Notes: generated by a model from the letters alone, not told the origin. DNA of 64,000 bases from Gemmatales bacterium (GCA_041640595.1 JBEPZY010000003.1:116773-180772); one strand, 5' to 3'. Counted from the stretch's first letter, positions 1 to 11,483 are shown. Made by a program: numbers and translations.

Positions 1-92
1 CTACATTTGCAAGGGAATCCCCCAGAAAACTCAGGAGCGTTTTCTAGAAAGCAATGACGGTATGAACGGGGAAGATCAGCAGAAATACCGGA

Positions 93-1454
93 TCAAGCTG
101 ACGAATTGGTCGGGGGAGTGGGGCCGGTGTCGGTGGGTGGCGGCAGGCGGTGATGAGTGTGCGGAGCGGTGCCGTCGTCTGTGACCGGGCCAGCGTCTCC
201 GAGTCGGAAATCCTGCAACGGAGCTTGCGCATCGTTGACGGAGACCTGCTCCCGTTCCGCGACACGCTGACGAACCTGCGCCATTTTCTCCAGGTACGGT
301 CGCTCACTGCGGTAGTAGAAGTACAGTGCAATCGCGGCTATCAGCACAATCCCGGCCACGATTGCCGCTACCGTGCCCAGCAGGGCCAGCCAGTTTTCCT
401 GCGGTGGCGGTGATGACAATTCCACGCGATACCCGACCAGCACCGGGAAATACAACTTTGTGGGCCGCGGTTTGGTTTGTGCACGAGGTCGCGGGTCGGG
501 AGGGGCATCTATTTCCACCACTTTCAGGTAATAGCCCACGAACGTCGTGTTGCTGAGGAAGAGCCGCGACCAGTCTTTTTCTGGCGGAAAACCGGGCGGT
601 AAATCGGTGAACAGTATCCAGACTGGGCAGTCGCGCAAACCGTCCTGCTCCAGAATGCCGTGATAGACATGTTCTGGCAACATCCCTCGCCCGCCGCGTT
701 CCAGAGCGAAACGCTTGATCCAGACCAGGGTGCCTCGCACACCGATCACCTCACCGCGAAACTGTCGCGGTTTGTCGCGCAGCAATTCGTACGGCACGCC
801 CCAGCGGGCATCCAGATGAAGCTGCTGCAGGAATGCTTCTCCGCCTCCGCGAGCCTGTTCCAGGACCAGCTCAATCAGATGGTAACGAGCATCGGCATCC
901 TGGCGAGCGGACAGAAGAAAGAGGTTATTGGGATCGGCAGGGTGTTCGATGAGGAATGGTTCGCGATCCCGAGCCCCGCGCAAAATGCTCATGTCCGGAG
1001 CCAGAGCGTGTCGAACACGGGCGGGCCGAGTGGGAGTCGGAACGGGACGCGGCACCGGTTGTGCATAGTGGAAGGCTTCGGTCTCCAGTGCTATCAAGGA
1101 AACAATCGCGGGTTGAATCGCACCGCCGTCCGTGGGGGGCACTGCGCTTCCGGCCAGAAGCAGCCCAAGCTGTCCAAGCTTATAGACCGTATCCGGGTCA
1201 AGCTCATCATCTTTCGAGCCAACAGTTTCTTCGGAGGGTATTAGCGGCTGTTTACTCTTACTCTCATCGGGAGCTTCCAGCTGGCTGGGGGTGTCTTTGG
1301 GAGTAATGTTGCGCACCCATTGCCAAGTAGCGGGGTTCCGGAAACGCACAATGGCCAGCACCAGCAGGAAAAGGAAACTGATCGCCAGCAGCAACCGCAT
1401 CAGGTCGCCGGGACGAAAACCGCTACTGGGTTCGGGCAACGGTGGGCGGGCCAT
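93..1454 (-). CDS. Hypothetical membrane-anchored protein (N- and C-terminal TM segments), last gene of the ExbB/ExbD cluster
   Basis: 453-aa ORF; hydrophobic segments LLLAISFLFLLVLAIV and LLGTVAAIVAGIVLIAAIALYFYY; co-directional with the exbD genes. Confidence 0.75.
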   Translation of the reverse strand: MARPPLPEPSSGFRPGDLMRLLLAISFLFLLVLAIVRFRNPATWQWVRNITPKDTPSQLEAPDESKSKQPLIPSEETVGSKDDELDPDTVYKLGQLGLLLAGSAVPPTDGGAIQPAIVSLIALETEAFHYAQPVPRPVPTPTRPARVRHALAPDMSILRGARDREPFLIEHPADPNNLFLLSARQDADARYHLIELVLEQARGGGEAFLQQLHLDARWGVPYELLRDKPRQFRGEVIGVRGTLVWIKRFALERGGRGMLPEHVYHGILEQDGLRDCPVWILFTDLPPGFPPEKDWSRLFLSNTTFVGYYLKVVEIDAPPDPRPRAQTKPRPTKLYFPVLVGYRVELSSPPPQENWLALLGTVAAIVAGIVLIAAIALYFYYRSERPYLEKMAQVRQRVAEREQVSVNDAQAPLQDFRLGDAGPVTDDGTAPHTHHRLPPPTDTGPTPPTNSSA

Positions 1455-1521
1455 AGCAGTGATGGCACTCCTGCGAAGAATTGGATGCCGCTACACGCTT
1501 TCAGCTCGTGGCCAGCCTGGG

Positions 1522-2085
1522 TTAGTTGTGCAGCAAATCCAGCTCCACGTTCGGGAAAAGGTCTTCGCGCTTGCCATCCACCTCGTAACGGCGGCAGGCA
1601 TCCATGATTTTCATGCACAAGCCCCAGGGCATGCGCAGCGAGCACCGCAGGACAATGCGATCCTCAGTCTCATATTGTCTTTTCAATTCGATCAGGCGTT
1701 TGTGCAGTTCGTCGAGGAAATATTCCGGGGGGACGTCGCTTTCTGCCGAAGCCGGCGGTTTGATGACAATGCGTCCGCCGGAACCGTGTACGATCTCCAG
1801 CGATTCGAGCTTGCCATCCTGGCGGGTGCGAGCAATGACCGACACGGAAGGTTTGACCCGCGTTTCCACGGGTGCCACCTTCGGATCATTGACGGGTTTG
1901 CTCTGCTCGCCACCACTTTCGCCAGCGGCCAGAGCAATAGTGAACTGACCTTCCAGCGCGGTGGGGTTGTACGTAAAGACGAAGAAGGTCAGAATTTGGA
2001 ACGCCATGTCCAGAAACGGCGTGATAAACACCGCCGTGCTATCGAAAGACATTTCTTCGCCACTGGCTCGTGTCCGTCGTGCCAT
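1522..2085 (-). CDS. Biopolymer transporter ExbD/TolR family protein
   Basis: ITPFLDMAFQILTFFVFT N-terminal TM motif with conserved Asp; C-terminal IVLRC..MPWG..KIMDAC. Confidence 0.85.
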   Translation of the reverse strand: MARRTRASGEEMSFDSTAVFITPFLDMAFQILTFFVFTYNPTALEGQFTIALAAGESGGEQSKPVNDPKVAPVETRVKPSVSVIARTRQDGKLESLEIVHGSGGRIVIKPPASAESDVPPEYFLDELHKRLIELKRQYETEDRIVLRCSLRMPWGLCMKIMDACRRYEVDGKREDLFPNVELDLLHN

Positions 2086-2173
2086 ATCCTTGCTCCGGAG
2101 TCCGTCTCCAGGTTCGGTTTTCGGTGAGGCTTCCCGACCAGCCCGACGCTGACCGGGATGTATCGGGTAGTGG

Positions 2174-2929
2174 TTATCCCCCGCCGGGCTTTTGTTGCTG
2201 AATGGTCGCCCGCAGATCCACCTTTTTGAAGCCCTCGTAGTTGCACTGGGCGATCAGGTGCGTCACGGTGCCGTAGAGTGCGTCGGTATCCGCCCGCAGA
2301 ATAACCGGTACATCAATGGTGCGTCGGTCTCCTACTTTGGTAACCTTTTTCGGGTCGGTGGCTTCGATGGCACGGGCAATGTTGGCCAGGAAGCGCTGCG
2401 CGGCTGCGATGCCGTTACCCTCCGGCAGCACACGCACCTTATCTGCTTCGGGTCGCTGATCGTTGTCTTTGGGCAGATAACCGATTGCCGTCAGGTGCTC
2501 GGTAACCTTTTTCAAATCCTCATCCGTGGCGTTTTCGACAAGAAAGACCACTTTGGGATCGAGGTTGCGGCGTTCTTCCTCGGAGATCCGCCCCTCACTG
2601 CGCTGGCGGTAGGTGAGGATGGAGACTTTCGTGGTCCTGGGAACGATAGGCTTTCGCTGCACCCTGCCGGTCGTGGGGTCGCGCAGAGGTTTGCCATCCG
2701 GGCCGATGATGTCCTCCCGCACAACTTCCATGTTGATGACAACCACCTGGACATCGGTTTTAGGTGGCAGTTCCCGAGCCGACACCGACGACGGCAGTAA
2801 CACATTCGGATCCACCTGATCCATCACGAAGTTGACGCACATCATGAAAAACATGATGAGCTGCAAAACCACATCCAGAAGCGGCGTCAGGTTCAATTCC
2901 ATCTTTTCCGAACCAACCGCAGCAGCCAT
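2174..2929 (-). CDS. Biopolymer transporter ExbD/TolR family protein (with long internal insertion)
   Basis: LNLTPLLDVVLQLIMFFMM motif; VILRADTDALYGTV C-terminal motif. Confidence 0.9.
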   Translation of the reverse strand: MAAAVGSEKMELNLTPLLDVVLQLIMFFMMCVNFVMDQVDPNVLLPSSVSARELPPKTDVQVVVINMEVVREDIIGPDGKPLRDPTTGRVQRKPIVPRTTKVSILTYRQRSEGRISEEERRNLDPKVVFLVENATDEDLKKVTEHLTAIGYLPKDNDQRPEADKVRVLPEGNGIAAAQRFLANIARAIEATDPKKVTKVGDRRTIDVPVILRADTDALYGTVTHLIAQCNYEGFKKVDLRATIQQQKPGGG

Positions 2930-3001
2930 CAGTGTACCTCCCGGGTCTCAGACGTGCGGAATTTTTGCTTGGCAGCTCGGTGCGGATCACACGCAGCGGG
3001 A

Positions 3002-3823
3002 TCAGCCATGGGTTCGCGGCTGCACTTGCGATGCAGGAGCTTCGGCTGGTCGGCTGTCAGCAGTTGCCGCAGCGGTGGCAGCTGGGCGTGCCGCTTGCGC
3101 CTGCCGACTGGCGAAATACATCTGCACCAGCAGATCGTCCACCATCAGGCTGATGTCGTTGATGATGCGGTCGAGCCGGTTGTTGAAGAACGTGTAAGCG
3201 GGAATCGCCAAGCACGACAGGAAAATACCCACCAGCGTCGCGTTGAGTGCGTGGGAAATACCGTCGGCCAGCTTGGCCGGGTCGGGCGTGCCTCCGCGTC
3301 CCAACTCCCCGAAGCTCTGAATCATACCCGAAACCGTACCGACCAAACCAATCAGCGGGCCAATGGTACCGATGATGGCAATATAGCCGACCATTCCTTT
3401 CTTCTTGGAACGCAGGTTGTCGAGCATGGCATGAACGGCGTCGCGGGCTTCTTCCAGACCATGCTGCAACCGCGTCATACCTGCCGTCAATACCCGTGCA
3501 AAGAAAGAGCTGTCCGCCTTGATCAGTTCAAAGCCCTGCTTGAACTGGCGTTTGGCGATAGCATCTTCCACAGCTTCCACCAGGTCCGTGGGCATCATGG
3601 CCGACCCGCGAACATCCATCAACAGCCAGACCATCAGACCGACAAAAGCGAAGTAAATGCCGATGAGCACCCAGCCAGTGACGCTGGTGAAAAGGAAGCT
3701 GAGGATCGAACTGGCCAAGTCAGTGCCGCCTCCTCCTTCGGCTGCCCAAACGGACACAGCAGGCCAGGCCCAGACGGCAAGCGCGATGCCCCAAATAGCC
3801 AGGTACTTCTTGCCCTGTTGCAT
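3002..3823 (-). CDS. MotA/TolQ/ExbB proton channel family protein
   Basis: IGTIGPLIGLVGTVSGMIQSF...LADGISHALNATLVGI motif; start chosen at ATG 3823 with GGGGAG RBS (ORF is open to 3964). Confidence 0.9.
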   Translation of the reverse strand: MQQGKKYLAIWGIALAVWAWPAVSVWAAEGGGGTDLASSILSFLFTSVTGWVLIGIYFAFVGLMVWLLMDVRGSAMMPTDLVEAVEDAIAKRQFKQGFELIKADSSFFARVLTAGMTRLQHGLEEARDAVHAMLDNLRSKKKGMVGYIAIIGTIGPLIGLVGTVSGMIQSFGELGRGGTPDPAKLADGISHALNATLVGIFLSCLAIPAYTFFNNRLDRIINDISLMVDDLLVQMYFASRQAQAARPAATAAATADSRPAEAPASQVQPRTHG

Positions 3824-4277
3824 GAGATGACTCCCCAGGCAGAATTGCCAGATGTTTGCACCGAACCGGCGCCGCTGATTCATGGTCTCCTCCCCGCACA
3901 ACGTTGCTCTGGTCGGCCAGGCGAAATCCGTAGCCGACACCAGCTTGCTCGTTGACGGATTCATTGTTTGTTAGACCTGCGTTGGGCGACGGAAGTTCCC
4001 GACAAAGCGACACTGCTGGATGGAAATTGGCGATACCCGCACGGGCAACATTCCCCAAGGCCGTCGACGACTGGTTAGCCGGTCGCCACAGGGTTGTGCC
4101 CATAGATAGTTTTTTAAATCCGGGGCAGAGCGTCAAGGATCGCGTCCGGCTGCGTGAACGATTAATTAGCAACCGGGGTTCCGGCGAGGTATTGACCAAG
4201 CAGTCGCAGTGGCTCAGCACCCTTTGTACCGTTTTGGTCTCGGCTGTTTTCGCGTTGTTCTTCCCGGAAATCGCTGC

Positions 4278-5570
4278 TCACGCGGTGGCGGGCATGGTAC
4301 CCAGCACCAGAGCATTGGCACGATGGCCGTCGGGCAAAAAGATGCACGATTCCGCGTGGTCCAGCAGCCGTTGCACCTCTTGCAGGGAAGTCAGCGCAGT
4401 GGCGAACATGTTTTCGACCAGCTCGTGCGGCAGGTTACCGTAGAGATACAGGTGGGCGCGACGAGCGGCGACGGCGAGGTGCCAGACCGTCTGCATATCG
4501 GCCAGTTGCTCGCGGCGAGCCCGGGTGAGTGCGGCCACCGGACTTTCAAATTGACCGAGCTGGCGAGCGGCTGGGCCCAGCGTTTCTGCACTTAGCTGAC
4601 TGAGCGCGATAATTTTGCCACCCTGCTGTACCAGCCGCGATGCCGCTGCCAGAGCCCGCGTCAGATCGTGAAAGCGATGCCAGCGGGGATCACCGCTGAC
4701 GGCGGTAACAACCACTTCCGCACGCCAAGGGAAACGATAACAGGACTGCGCATCGAGTGCCCGGCGAACCAGCGGCGCGATCGTGGCAGCCGGCCCGGCA
4801 AAGATCGCCCGTACCGTGTCGCCGGGACCCGGAACCGCCGCCAGCCAGAACGGCACACCGATCAACCAGCCCACTTCCTCGGCTTCCCGTAAGGCCGGGT
4901 TCGCAGTTTGTGCTGGCGGATCCTCGACAGTGCGTCGAAGGAACTCCTGCCGTGTAGGAGCATCCGCCAGATTCGGGAACAGATCGCCCAGCCCGCCACC
5001 GTAGCCCAGAACCGGATCATACTCGGCTGGCCCGGCCACGATAATCTGGTCTGCCTCGACCAGAGTGCGATTCAGATACAGCCGACGTCCTCCCTGCGTG
5101 CCAGCCAGATAGGCCAGGCGGGCACGATCGCCAGGGTCATGTTCCTCCACACGCACCTGAGCAAACGCCGGCGGTAATTCTTCCCGCCACGGAGGCGGTG
5201 CCACTCCCGGTATCCGCGGCGGACACAGCAACGTGATCCGCTCCAGCGACACTCCTGCCTGCTGCACGTGTTCGAGTAGCGGAATCAACAAGTCCGGCAG
5301 TCGGCGAAAATACTCGTTCACCACGATGGCCAATCGGTCATCGGGTGTCAGCGCCCGATACAGAGGCGGGAAGTCCACCGGTGCTTCCAATGCCTGGCGA
5401 ACCGCGGCACGCACATCTTCTACTGTCGCCGAATCGTCCTGGCTATCCGCGGCGCGCAGCAATTTCTGCGAATGCACGTAGAACTCGGCACTCGTCAAAC
5501 CGTAGTGCACCTGAACCTGCAAGCGATCTTGCTGCGGCACAGCAGTTCCAGCCATCACGGTCGGTCTCAA
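4278..5570 (-). CDS. Lactate racemase (LarA/DUF2088) domain protein
   Basis: ALEAPVDFPPL, EHDP, LNRTLVEADQII, GYGGG motifs typical of LarA N-terminal domain proteins. Confidence 0.75.
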   Translation of the reverse strand: MRPTVMAGTAVPQQDRLQVQVHYGLTSAEFYVHSQKLLRAADSQDDSATVEDVRAAVRQALEAPVDFPPLYRALTPDDRLAIVVNEYFRRLPDLLIPLLEHVQQAGVSLERITLLCPPRIPGVAPPPWREELPPAFAQVRVEEHDPGDRARLAYLAGTQGGRRLYLNRTLVEADQIIVAGPAEYDPVLGYGGGLGDLFPNLADAPTRQEFLRRTVEDPPAQTANPALREAEEVGWLIGVPFWLAAVPGPGDTVRAIFAGPAATIAPLVRRALDAQSCYRFPWRAEVVVTAVSGDPRWHRFHDLTRALAAASRLVQQGGKIIALSQLSAETLGPAARQLGQFESPVAALTRARREQLADMQTVWHLAVAARRAHLYLYGNLPHELVENMFATALTSLQEVQRLLDHAESCIFLPDGHRANALVLGTMPATA

Positions 5571-5654
5571 TGGGGTTGTCCCATTTCAATACGCCAGCTC
5601 TATTCGCCAGGGGCAATGGCCAGCGTCCAAATCAGTGAAGTTCTACAATCGCCG

Positions 5655-7004
5655 CTAGGGCGGGCTGAGCGGGTCACCGTTCGGCAAGTCTGCAGGTTGT
5701 GGGCAGCTGGTCGCGGTGTCGAGGCGATGTATTTGAGCGCCTCGCTGAGCCAGTTGTTCGAGTACCGGAGCGGGCAATCGGCACCGCAGCCGGGCCCGGT
5801 CGAGGTGATAAGTCTGTTGCAAAATCTCCCCGTGCGCGGCCAGGAAGGCCAGCAGGCTTCCGTTGCCGGCGTCGCATTCAATCTCGGCTTCCGCGGATTC
5901 GGCCAGGAGTGTCCGGCGAACGGCCTCCTGCAAATCGAGCAGCCCTTCGCCAGTGGCCGCGCTGATGGCGACGGCTTGCGGATGATGCCGCTTGAGCCAG
6001 ATCAGTTCCGAGCGATCCGGGAGCCGGTCAATTTTGTTGAGCACCAGGATGGTCGGCTTGTTCTGGCATCCGAGTTCGCCCAGCACGCGCTTGACGGCTT
6101 GAATTTGCTCCTCGACGAGCGGATTGCTGGCATCTGCGACATGCAGCAGCAATCGTGCCTGCCGGGCTTCCTCCAGCGTAGCACGGAACGACGCGACAAG
6201 ATGGTGAGGCAGGTCGCGGATGAAACCAACGGTATCGCTGAGCAGGACACGACCGAAGTTCGGTATCCACCATTGCCGGGTCCGCGTGTCCAACGTGGAG
6301 AAAAGTCGGTCTTCGACATAGACGCCGGCCCCGGTCAGCGCGTTCATGAGCGTGCTTTTGCCGGCATTGGTGTAGCCGACCAGAGAAACGGTGTATTCAT
6401 TTTCCCGAGCGGCGACGGTGCGTTGTTTACGGGCCTGGATCTGCTCCAATCTCCGCCGCAGGTCACGAATCCGCTGGGCCACCAGTCGGCGATCTTCTTC
6501 CAGCTGAGTTTCGCCCGGGCCACGCAAACCGATGCCGCCTCGGATTCGCGACAGGTGTCGCCACATGTTTTTGAGCCGCGGCAGACTATACTCCAGCTGG
6601 GCCAGCTCCACCTGCAAACGGGCTTCCACCGTGCGGGCGCGGGTAGCGAAAATGTCCAGGATCAACTCGCTGCGGTCCAGCACCTTGACCTGCAACGCCG
6701 TTTCCAGATTCCGCGTCTGGGCGGGAGAAAGATCGTTGTCGAAGATTACCACATCGGCATCTAGGGTGCGGCAAAGTTCGGCCAGCTCCAGAACCTTGCC
6801 CTGACCGATATAAGTCGCGGGTTCGATCCGTTGCCGTTTTTGCAACACCCGTCCCACGACCACTGCCCCGGCAGTTTCGGCCAGACCCTGGAGCTCTTCG
6901 AGGGGATCATCGCCAACCCACGGCCGTTCCGGCAGGGCAACGCTTACCAGAATCGCCCGTTCGTGTCGGACCGTCAGTTCCTCGCGGGATAAAGAAACAC
7001 TCAC
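5655..7004 (-). CDS. hflX: GTPase HflX
   Basis: GYTNAGKST P-loop, LFSTLDT, DTVGFIRDLPH, NKID, GPGETQLEEDRR; start uncertain (GTG 7004; ORF open to 7184). Confidence 0.95.
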   Translation of the reverse strand: MSVSLSREELTVRHERAILVSVALPERPWVGDDPLEELQGLAETAGAVVVGRVLQKRQRIEPATYIGQGKVLELAELCRTLDADVVIFDNDLSPAQTRNLETALQVKVLDRSELILDIFATRARTVEARLQVELAQLEYSLPRLKNMWRHLSRIRGGIGLRGPGETQLEEDRRLVAQRIRDLRRRLEQIQARKQRTVAARENEYTVSLVGYTNAGKSTLMNALTGAGVYVEDRLFSTLDTRTRQWWIPNFGRVLLSDTVGFIRDLPHHLVASFRATLEEARQARLLLHVADASNPLVEEQIQAVKRVLGELGCQNKPTILVLNKIDRLPDRSELIWLKRHHPQAVAISAATGEGLLDLQEAVRRTLLAESAEAEIECDAGNGSLLAFLAAHGEILQQTYHLDRARLRCRLPAPVLEQLAQRGAQIHRLDTATSCPQPADLPNGDPLSPP

Positions 7005-7280
7005 TGGCGCTTGTGTGAACCTCACTTTCGCTTGCCGTCGCTCCCATCTGTCGCGGGGAGCGATACGCCTGGTGAGGAATCGCGGCTCTTTTCTTGGCCG
7101 CTGTCCATCAGGCACCGGCATTGATATTCTAACGCACAGCCAACGGTCAGGCAATGCACAGGTCGCGCTGGCTAAGGGGCCCACTCAGTGTCATGGCTCG
7201 GCCAGCGCGAACGGCTTTCCCGGTGCCCGACCGGAACCTGCCTCCGCATTCCTTTTCCCCCTACCGCAAGGAGCCCGCCT

Positions 7281-8177
7281 ATGCTCAATCGTCGTGAATG
7301 GCTCACCCTGGCTGCCAACGGCCTGCTCACCGTCAGTGCGTTTCCTTTCGCACGTGCTGCCGACAAACCGACCAGGAAAAAGCGAGTCCTGATGTTTACG
7401 AAATCAAGCGGCTTCGAGCATAGCGTCATCCGCCGCAGCAAACCCGATCAACTCAGCCACGCCGAGAAAATCGTTACCGAACTCGCCAACCAGCATGGCT
7501 TCGAGGTGGTCTGCACCAAGGATGGGCGCATCTTTGTGCCGGAGGAAATCGAGAAGTTCGATGCCTTTTTCTTTTACACGACCGGCGATTTGACGCAGCC
7601 CGGCACGGATAAACATCCGCCCATGTCGCCGAGCGGCAAAAAAGCTTTCCTGGAGGCGATTCACCAGGGAAAAGGGTTTATCGGTTCCCACTGTGCCGCG
7701 GACACATTTCATTCGCCCGGCAAACGCGATGAGAACCAACCGCTGGAAAAGTGCGATCCGTACATCCAGATGCTGGGCGGAGAGTTCATTTCCCACGGAG
7801 CGCAACAAAAAGCCGCTATGCGTCTCGTCAGCCGACCGTTTCCCGCCTTGCAGAAACTGCAGGACTTTGAGTTGCATGAAGAGTGGTATGCGTTGAAAAA
7901 CTTCGCTCCCGATTTGCACGTCATTCTCGTGCAGGACACCAAAGGCATGCAGGGGGCGATGTATCAGCGTCCACCGTTCCCGGCTACCTGGGCGCGTTTT
8001 TACGGGAAAGGGCGAGTCTTTTACACTTCCATGGGCCATCGGGAGGACGTCTGGACAAACACTATCTTCCAGACCATCCTGGTGGCAGGGATTTTGTGGG
8101 CCTTGCGGGAATTCGACGCCGACATTCGCCCCAATATCCAGCAGGTAACGCCCCAGGCGAGCGTCCTGCGAAGTTGA
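7281..8177 (+). CDS. ThuA (trehalose utilisation)-like domain protein with Tat signal
   Basis: MLNRREWL twin-arginine leader after AAGGAG RBS; FTKSSGFEHS, GFIGSHCAADT, EEWY, GKGRVFYTSMGH. Confidence 0.88.
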   Translation: MLNRREWLTLAANGLLTVSAFPFARAADKPTRKKRVLMFTKSSGFEHSVIRRSKPDQLSHAEKIVTELANQHGFEVVCTKDGRIFVPEEIEKFDAFFFYTTGDLTQPGTDKHPPMSPSGKKAFLEAIHQGKGFIGSHCAADTFHSPGKRDENQPLEKCDPYIQMLGGEFISHGAQQKAAMRLVSRPFPALQKLQDFELHEEWYALKNFAPDLHVILVQDTKGMQGAMYQRPPFPATWARFYGKGRVFYTSMGHREDVWTNTIFQTILVAGILWALREFDADIRPNIQQVTPQASVLRS

Positions 8178-8703
8178 TTCGCCAGCCGTAACCCACACCG
8201 TCAACGACCCGCCCAGCGCTGCCCGAACCGCATCCGATTCGCTCCCCGGCGATAACAGAAACGAACCGGGGGCCTGCCTATAATCATTAACCCGCACTTT
8301 GGTTGCCCCCCCGATTCGCTTCGCGTTGCCAACGGGCTGTCATCGTAGGTGGCAAAATTCGCACTCGGAACCGCTCCGCGGGCCACGTGGGGCATGGGGT
8401 GCAGGCTGCGGTGCCGAAGGGCGAACACACGCGCCGCGGTTTTTCCGCATGACGGCATAGCCGTGTAATGACGGCACAGGTGCGTGGCCACCGGTGCGGA
8501 AGGCCGTTTCCTGGTTGGTGCAGGCAAACTGCCTCGCTAGACTATACTGGCGATGGGCCGTTTACCACGATATACAACCCTGGGTTCGCTCTACGACCCA
8601 CATAGCTTCTGCTTCCTGCTACAATGCTCATTCCAATCGCCCGTGTAAGATGGTGATGGAAACTGCTGCGACAAGTGCGAACATCCAGACGAAACTATCG
8701 AAT

Positions 8704-10323
8704 ATGCCACGAATCTTTGTCGCTGATAAGCTGGAAGAAGTCGGCCTGGAACTGCTGCGGCAGTCGGGAATGGAAGTGGATTACCGCCCGGGACTGAAAG
8801 GCCAGGAGTTACACGAGGCATTGCGTCAAGCCGACGGCGTGATTGTTCGCAGTGGTACGCGGATCACCGCTGATTTGCTGGAACAGCCGGGGAGGTTGCG
8901 GGCCATCGTTCGCGCGGGAGTCGGCGTGGACAACATAGATGTCGGCGCAGCTACCCGCCGCGGCATCGTGGTCATGAATACACCGGGCGGCAACACCGTC
9001 AGCACTGCCGAACATACCTGGGCGTTGCTGTTGGCGTTGGTGCGCCACGTAGCCGCAGCCGACCGCAGTGTGCGTCAGGGCAAGTGGGAGCGGAATCGGT
9101 TCATCGGCAGGCAACTGGCGGGAAAAACTCTGGGCGTGGTCGGTTTGGGTCGCATTGGCAGAGAGGTGGCTCGGCGAGCCCTGGCCTTCGACATGCAGGT
9201 TCTGGCTCACGATCCGTTTCTGACTGCGGAACGGGCTGCCCAGCTGGGCATTGAAGCTGCCCCGGGGTTGCATCAATTGTTGCCGCGCTGCGACATTGTA
9301 ACCCTGCACGTGCCCCTGATGGAACAAACTCGCCACCTGATCGGTGCGCGGGAGCTGGCCCTGATGAAACGGGGAGCGTTTCTGATTAACTGCGCCCGCG
9401 GTGGACTGGTGGACGAAACCGCTCTGGTAGCGGCGTTGCAAAGCGGACAACTGGCCGGAGCTGCTCTCGATGTTTTTGATCAGGAACCTCCGCCGCCGGA
9501 CCATCCACTGCTGGCTCTGCCTAATGTGGTTCTCACGCCGCATCTGGGGGCTTCCACGGTGGAAGCACAAACTTCGGTAGCCCGCGAAGCCGCTCAGTTG
9601 CTTGTGGATTTTCTCACACGGGGCGTGATTCAGTGCGCTGTGAACATGGCGGCAATCGAAGCCGCAGAGTTGCGGGAAATTCGACTCTACCTCGATCTCG
9701 CTCGCCGACTCGGTTTGCTATTGGCGCAGCTCAGCCCCGCTGCTATCCGCAAAGTAACGCTCACCTACCGCGGGGAAATCGCTCAGCGAAACACCCGGCT
9801 GATCACCGCCGCTTTTGCCGCGGGGCTTCTCGAACCGTTTTTGGGCGACACCGTCAACATCGTCAACGCCGAGCTGCTGGCTCGGGAACGCCAGATGGAA
9901 TTGCTCGAGCAAATCAGCTCCACCCGCGGCGATTTCAGCACCCTGTTGCGTGCCGAAATCGAAACCGAACAGGGCAACCTCCTGGCCGCTGGCACACTCT
10001 TCGGCAACCAGTACTACCGCCTGGTGCAACTCGACTCGTTCCACCTGGACGCTTACCTGGATGGCATCCTGATGATTTTCACCCACCGCGATGCTCCTGG
10101 ACTGATCGGGTTCATCGGCACCGTGCTGGGCAACCATCAGGTCAACATTGCCCAGATGAATGTCGGTCGGGTGCAACCCGGCGGCGAAGCGGTGGCCATT
10201 CTCAACCTCGATAACCTGCCGCCGGCCGAAGCGTTGGCCGAAGTCCGTCGCCATCCGCTTATCCGCAGCGTCCATGTCGTGAAGTTACCGCCGCCCGGCC
10301 AACTGCCCTCCTGGCTCGGCTAA
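8704..10323 (+). CDS. serA: D-3-phosphoglycerate dehydrogenase
   Basis: [32 protein letters not shown]-terminal ASB and ACT domains. Confidence 0.95.
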   Translation: MPRIFVADKLEEVGLELLRQSGMEVDYRPGLKGQELHEALRQADGVIVRSGTRITADLLEQPGRLRAIVRAGVGVDNIDVGAATRRGIVVMNTPGGNTVSTAEHTWALLLALVRHVAAADRSVRQGKWERNRFIGRQLAGKTLGVVGLGRIGREVARRALAFDMQVLAHDPFLTAERAAQLGIEAAPGLHQLLPRCDIVTLHVPLMEQTRHLIGARELALMKRGAFLINCARGGLVDETALVAALQSGQLAGAALDVFDQEPPPPDHPLLALPNVVLTPHLGASTVEAQTSVAREAAQLLVDFLTRGVIQCAVNMAAIEAAELREIRLYLDLARRLGLLLAQLSPAAIRKVTLTYRGEIAQRNTRLITAAFAAGLLEPFLGDTVNIVNAELLARERQMELLEQISSTRGDFSTLLRAEIETEQGNLLAAGTLFGNQYYRLVQLDSFHLDAYLDGILMIFTHRDAPGLIGFIGTVLGNHQVNIAQMNVGRVQPGGEAVAILNLDNLPPAEALAEVRRHPLIRSVHVVKLPPPGQLPSWLG

Positions 10324-10662
10324 CCGTACCCCTCTCCCGCCAAATCCAAGCTTGCGGCTTCGGTAGCTGAGCCTGTTCGTCGACCCCGGTCGGCTAGCCG
10401 TATGCGCTTCCCACCTGAACCAGCCTACGGTTTCGGTGGCTGGGCCGACGGCCCTGGTCGGCTACCTGTACCAACCTCCCGCACGCACGCCAGAACCCCG
10501 CAGTTGTCGCCGATTAGGATCGGTCCCCGCTCCGCTCACCGTATCCGATCCCCGCCCGCACTGCGTTTGCCGGCCCGGTTCCCGAAACCCATTGCCTGGC
10601 ACTACTCAGGTCGGTGAATTCGTTTGACGCCGAGCTGCTCTGCTCCCTGCCGCAGTGATCCG

Positions 10663-10836
10663 CCCGGCCCTGTTTCGCCCTTGGCATGTTCCCAACGCCG
10701 AGATGCTCTGCTGTCCGCCGGGATGGATTTGTTCGGCGCTCCCCCGCCGTCTGCATGTTCCCAGTACTGCGCAATTCCTGTCACCTACCACGGTGATTCG
10801 CTCGGCGTTGTGTCGCCGTTTACATGTTCCCAGCAC
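10663..10836. repeat. Degenerate 69-bp-period repeat (three ~36-bp units); CRISPR-like or decayed tandem repeat
   Basis: CATGTTCCCA at 10685, 10754, 10823; units 10663-10698, 10732-10767, 10801-10836, the last two with a CGGCG-n6-CGCCG hairpin. Confidence 0.5.
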
Positions 10837-10979
10837 CCTGCGAATCCCGTCGCTTAGCGCAACGTCCCACGCCGTTCGCTGTTAGTCTGCCCTCCATCCA
10901 GGCCTGTTTTCGACAGGGCAGCTCCGTGTCTTTGTCTCTTCTTCATGAAGGCAAAACTCCCTCCAGACGATTGTCGGAG

Positions 10980-11483
10980 TTAGGCTTCTGGTGCCGAGAC
11001 CGAACCGAATAGGTTTTCTTCGGGTGGCGGAGGCTCGCTCCGACGAAACGCCTCAATAATCGCTTCTACCAGTTTCTCCGGCGGACTCGGATACGGAAGA
11101 GATATGGGTTCCTTACCCAAAGTCTGCCAGGGACTGACCTTTTTCCGCGGGTAAACTCTAATCTCGTCACCGACAACACTCACAGTGACCCCCCAGATTT
11201 GATTAAGGATCTTCCTTGTAAGCCGTTTTGCACCGGTCATCACCGAGTGCACATCTTGCGATCTAGGTCTGGGGTCATAAACGCTATAGGGCAGCTTTTT
11301 ACCAGAACACCGCAGCGCCTCATACACTAATTCCCCTTTCTTCTCCGCAGGCTCCGTCGCATCTACGGTAAACCATTCGAGACCAAGGGTTGTGAAACCC
11401 TCAGCACTGATTGCGTGGGGCACTATATACCACTTTCCCTTGTAGAGAAGAACCTTAGCAGACTGATCCCGATCCGCCTGCAT
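10980..11483 (-). CDS. Putative CdiI-type (DUF1436-like) toxin immunity protein
   Basis: 167 aa, lower GC than flanks; two internal motifs DATEPAEKKGELVYEALRCS and PYPSPPEKLVEAIIEAFRRS; lies directly downstream of a toxin-tip fragment. Confidence 0.6.
   Translation of the reverse strand: MQADRDQSAKVLLYKGKWYIVPHAISAEGFTTLGLEWFTVDATEPAEKKGELVYEALRCSGKKLPYSVYDPRPRSQDVHSVMTGAKRLTRKILNQIWGVTVSVVGDEIRVYPRKKVSPWQTLGKEPISLPYPSPPEKLVEAIIEAFRRSEPPPPEENLFGSVSAPEA

Noticed and set aside
5472..6764. Long antisense ORFs (also 16097-17290, 40969-42270, 13617-14594 and others)
   Set aside because: They are shadow frames of well-supported genes on the opposite strand in GC-rich DNA.
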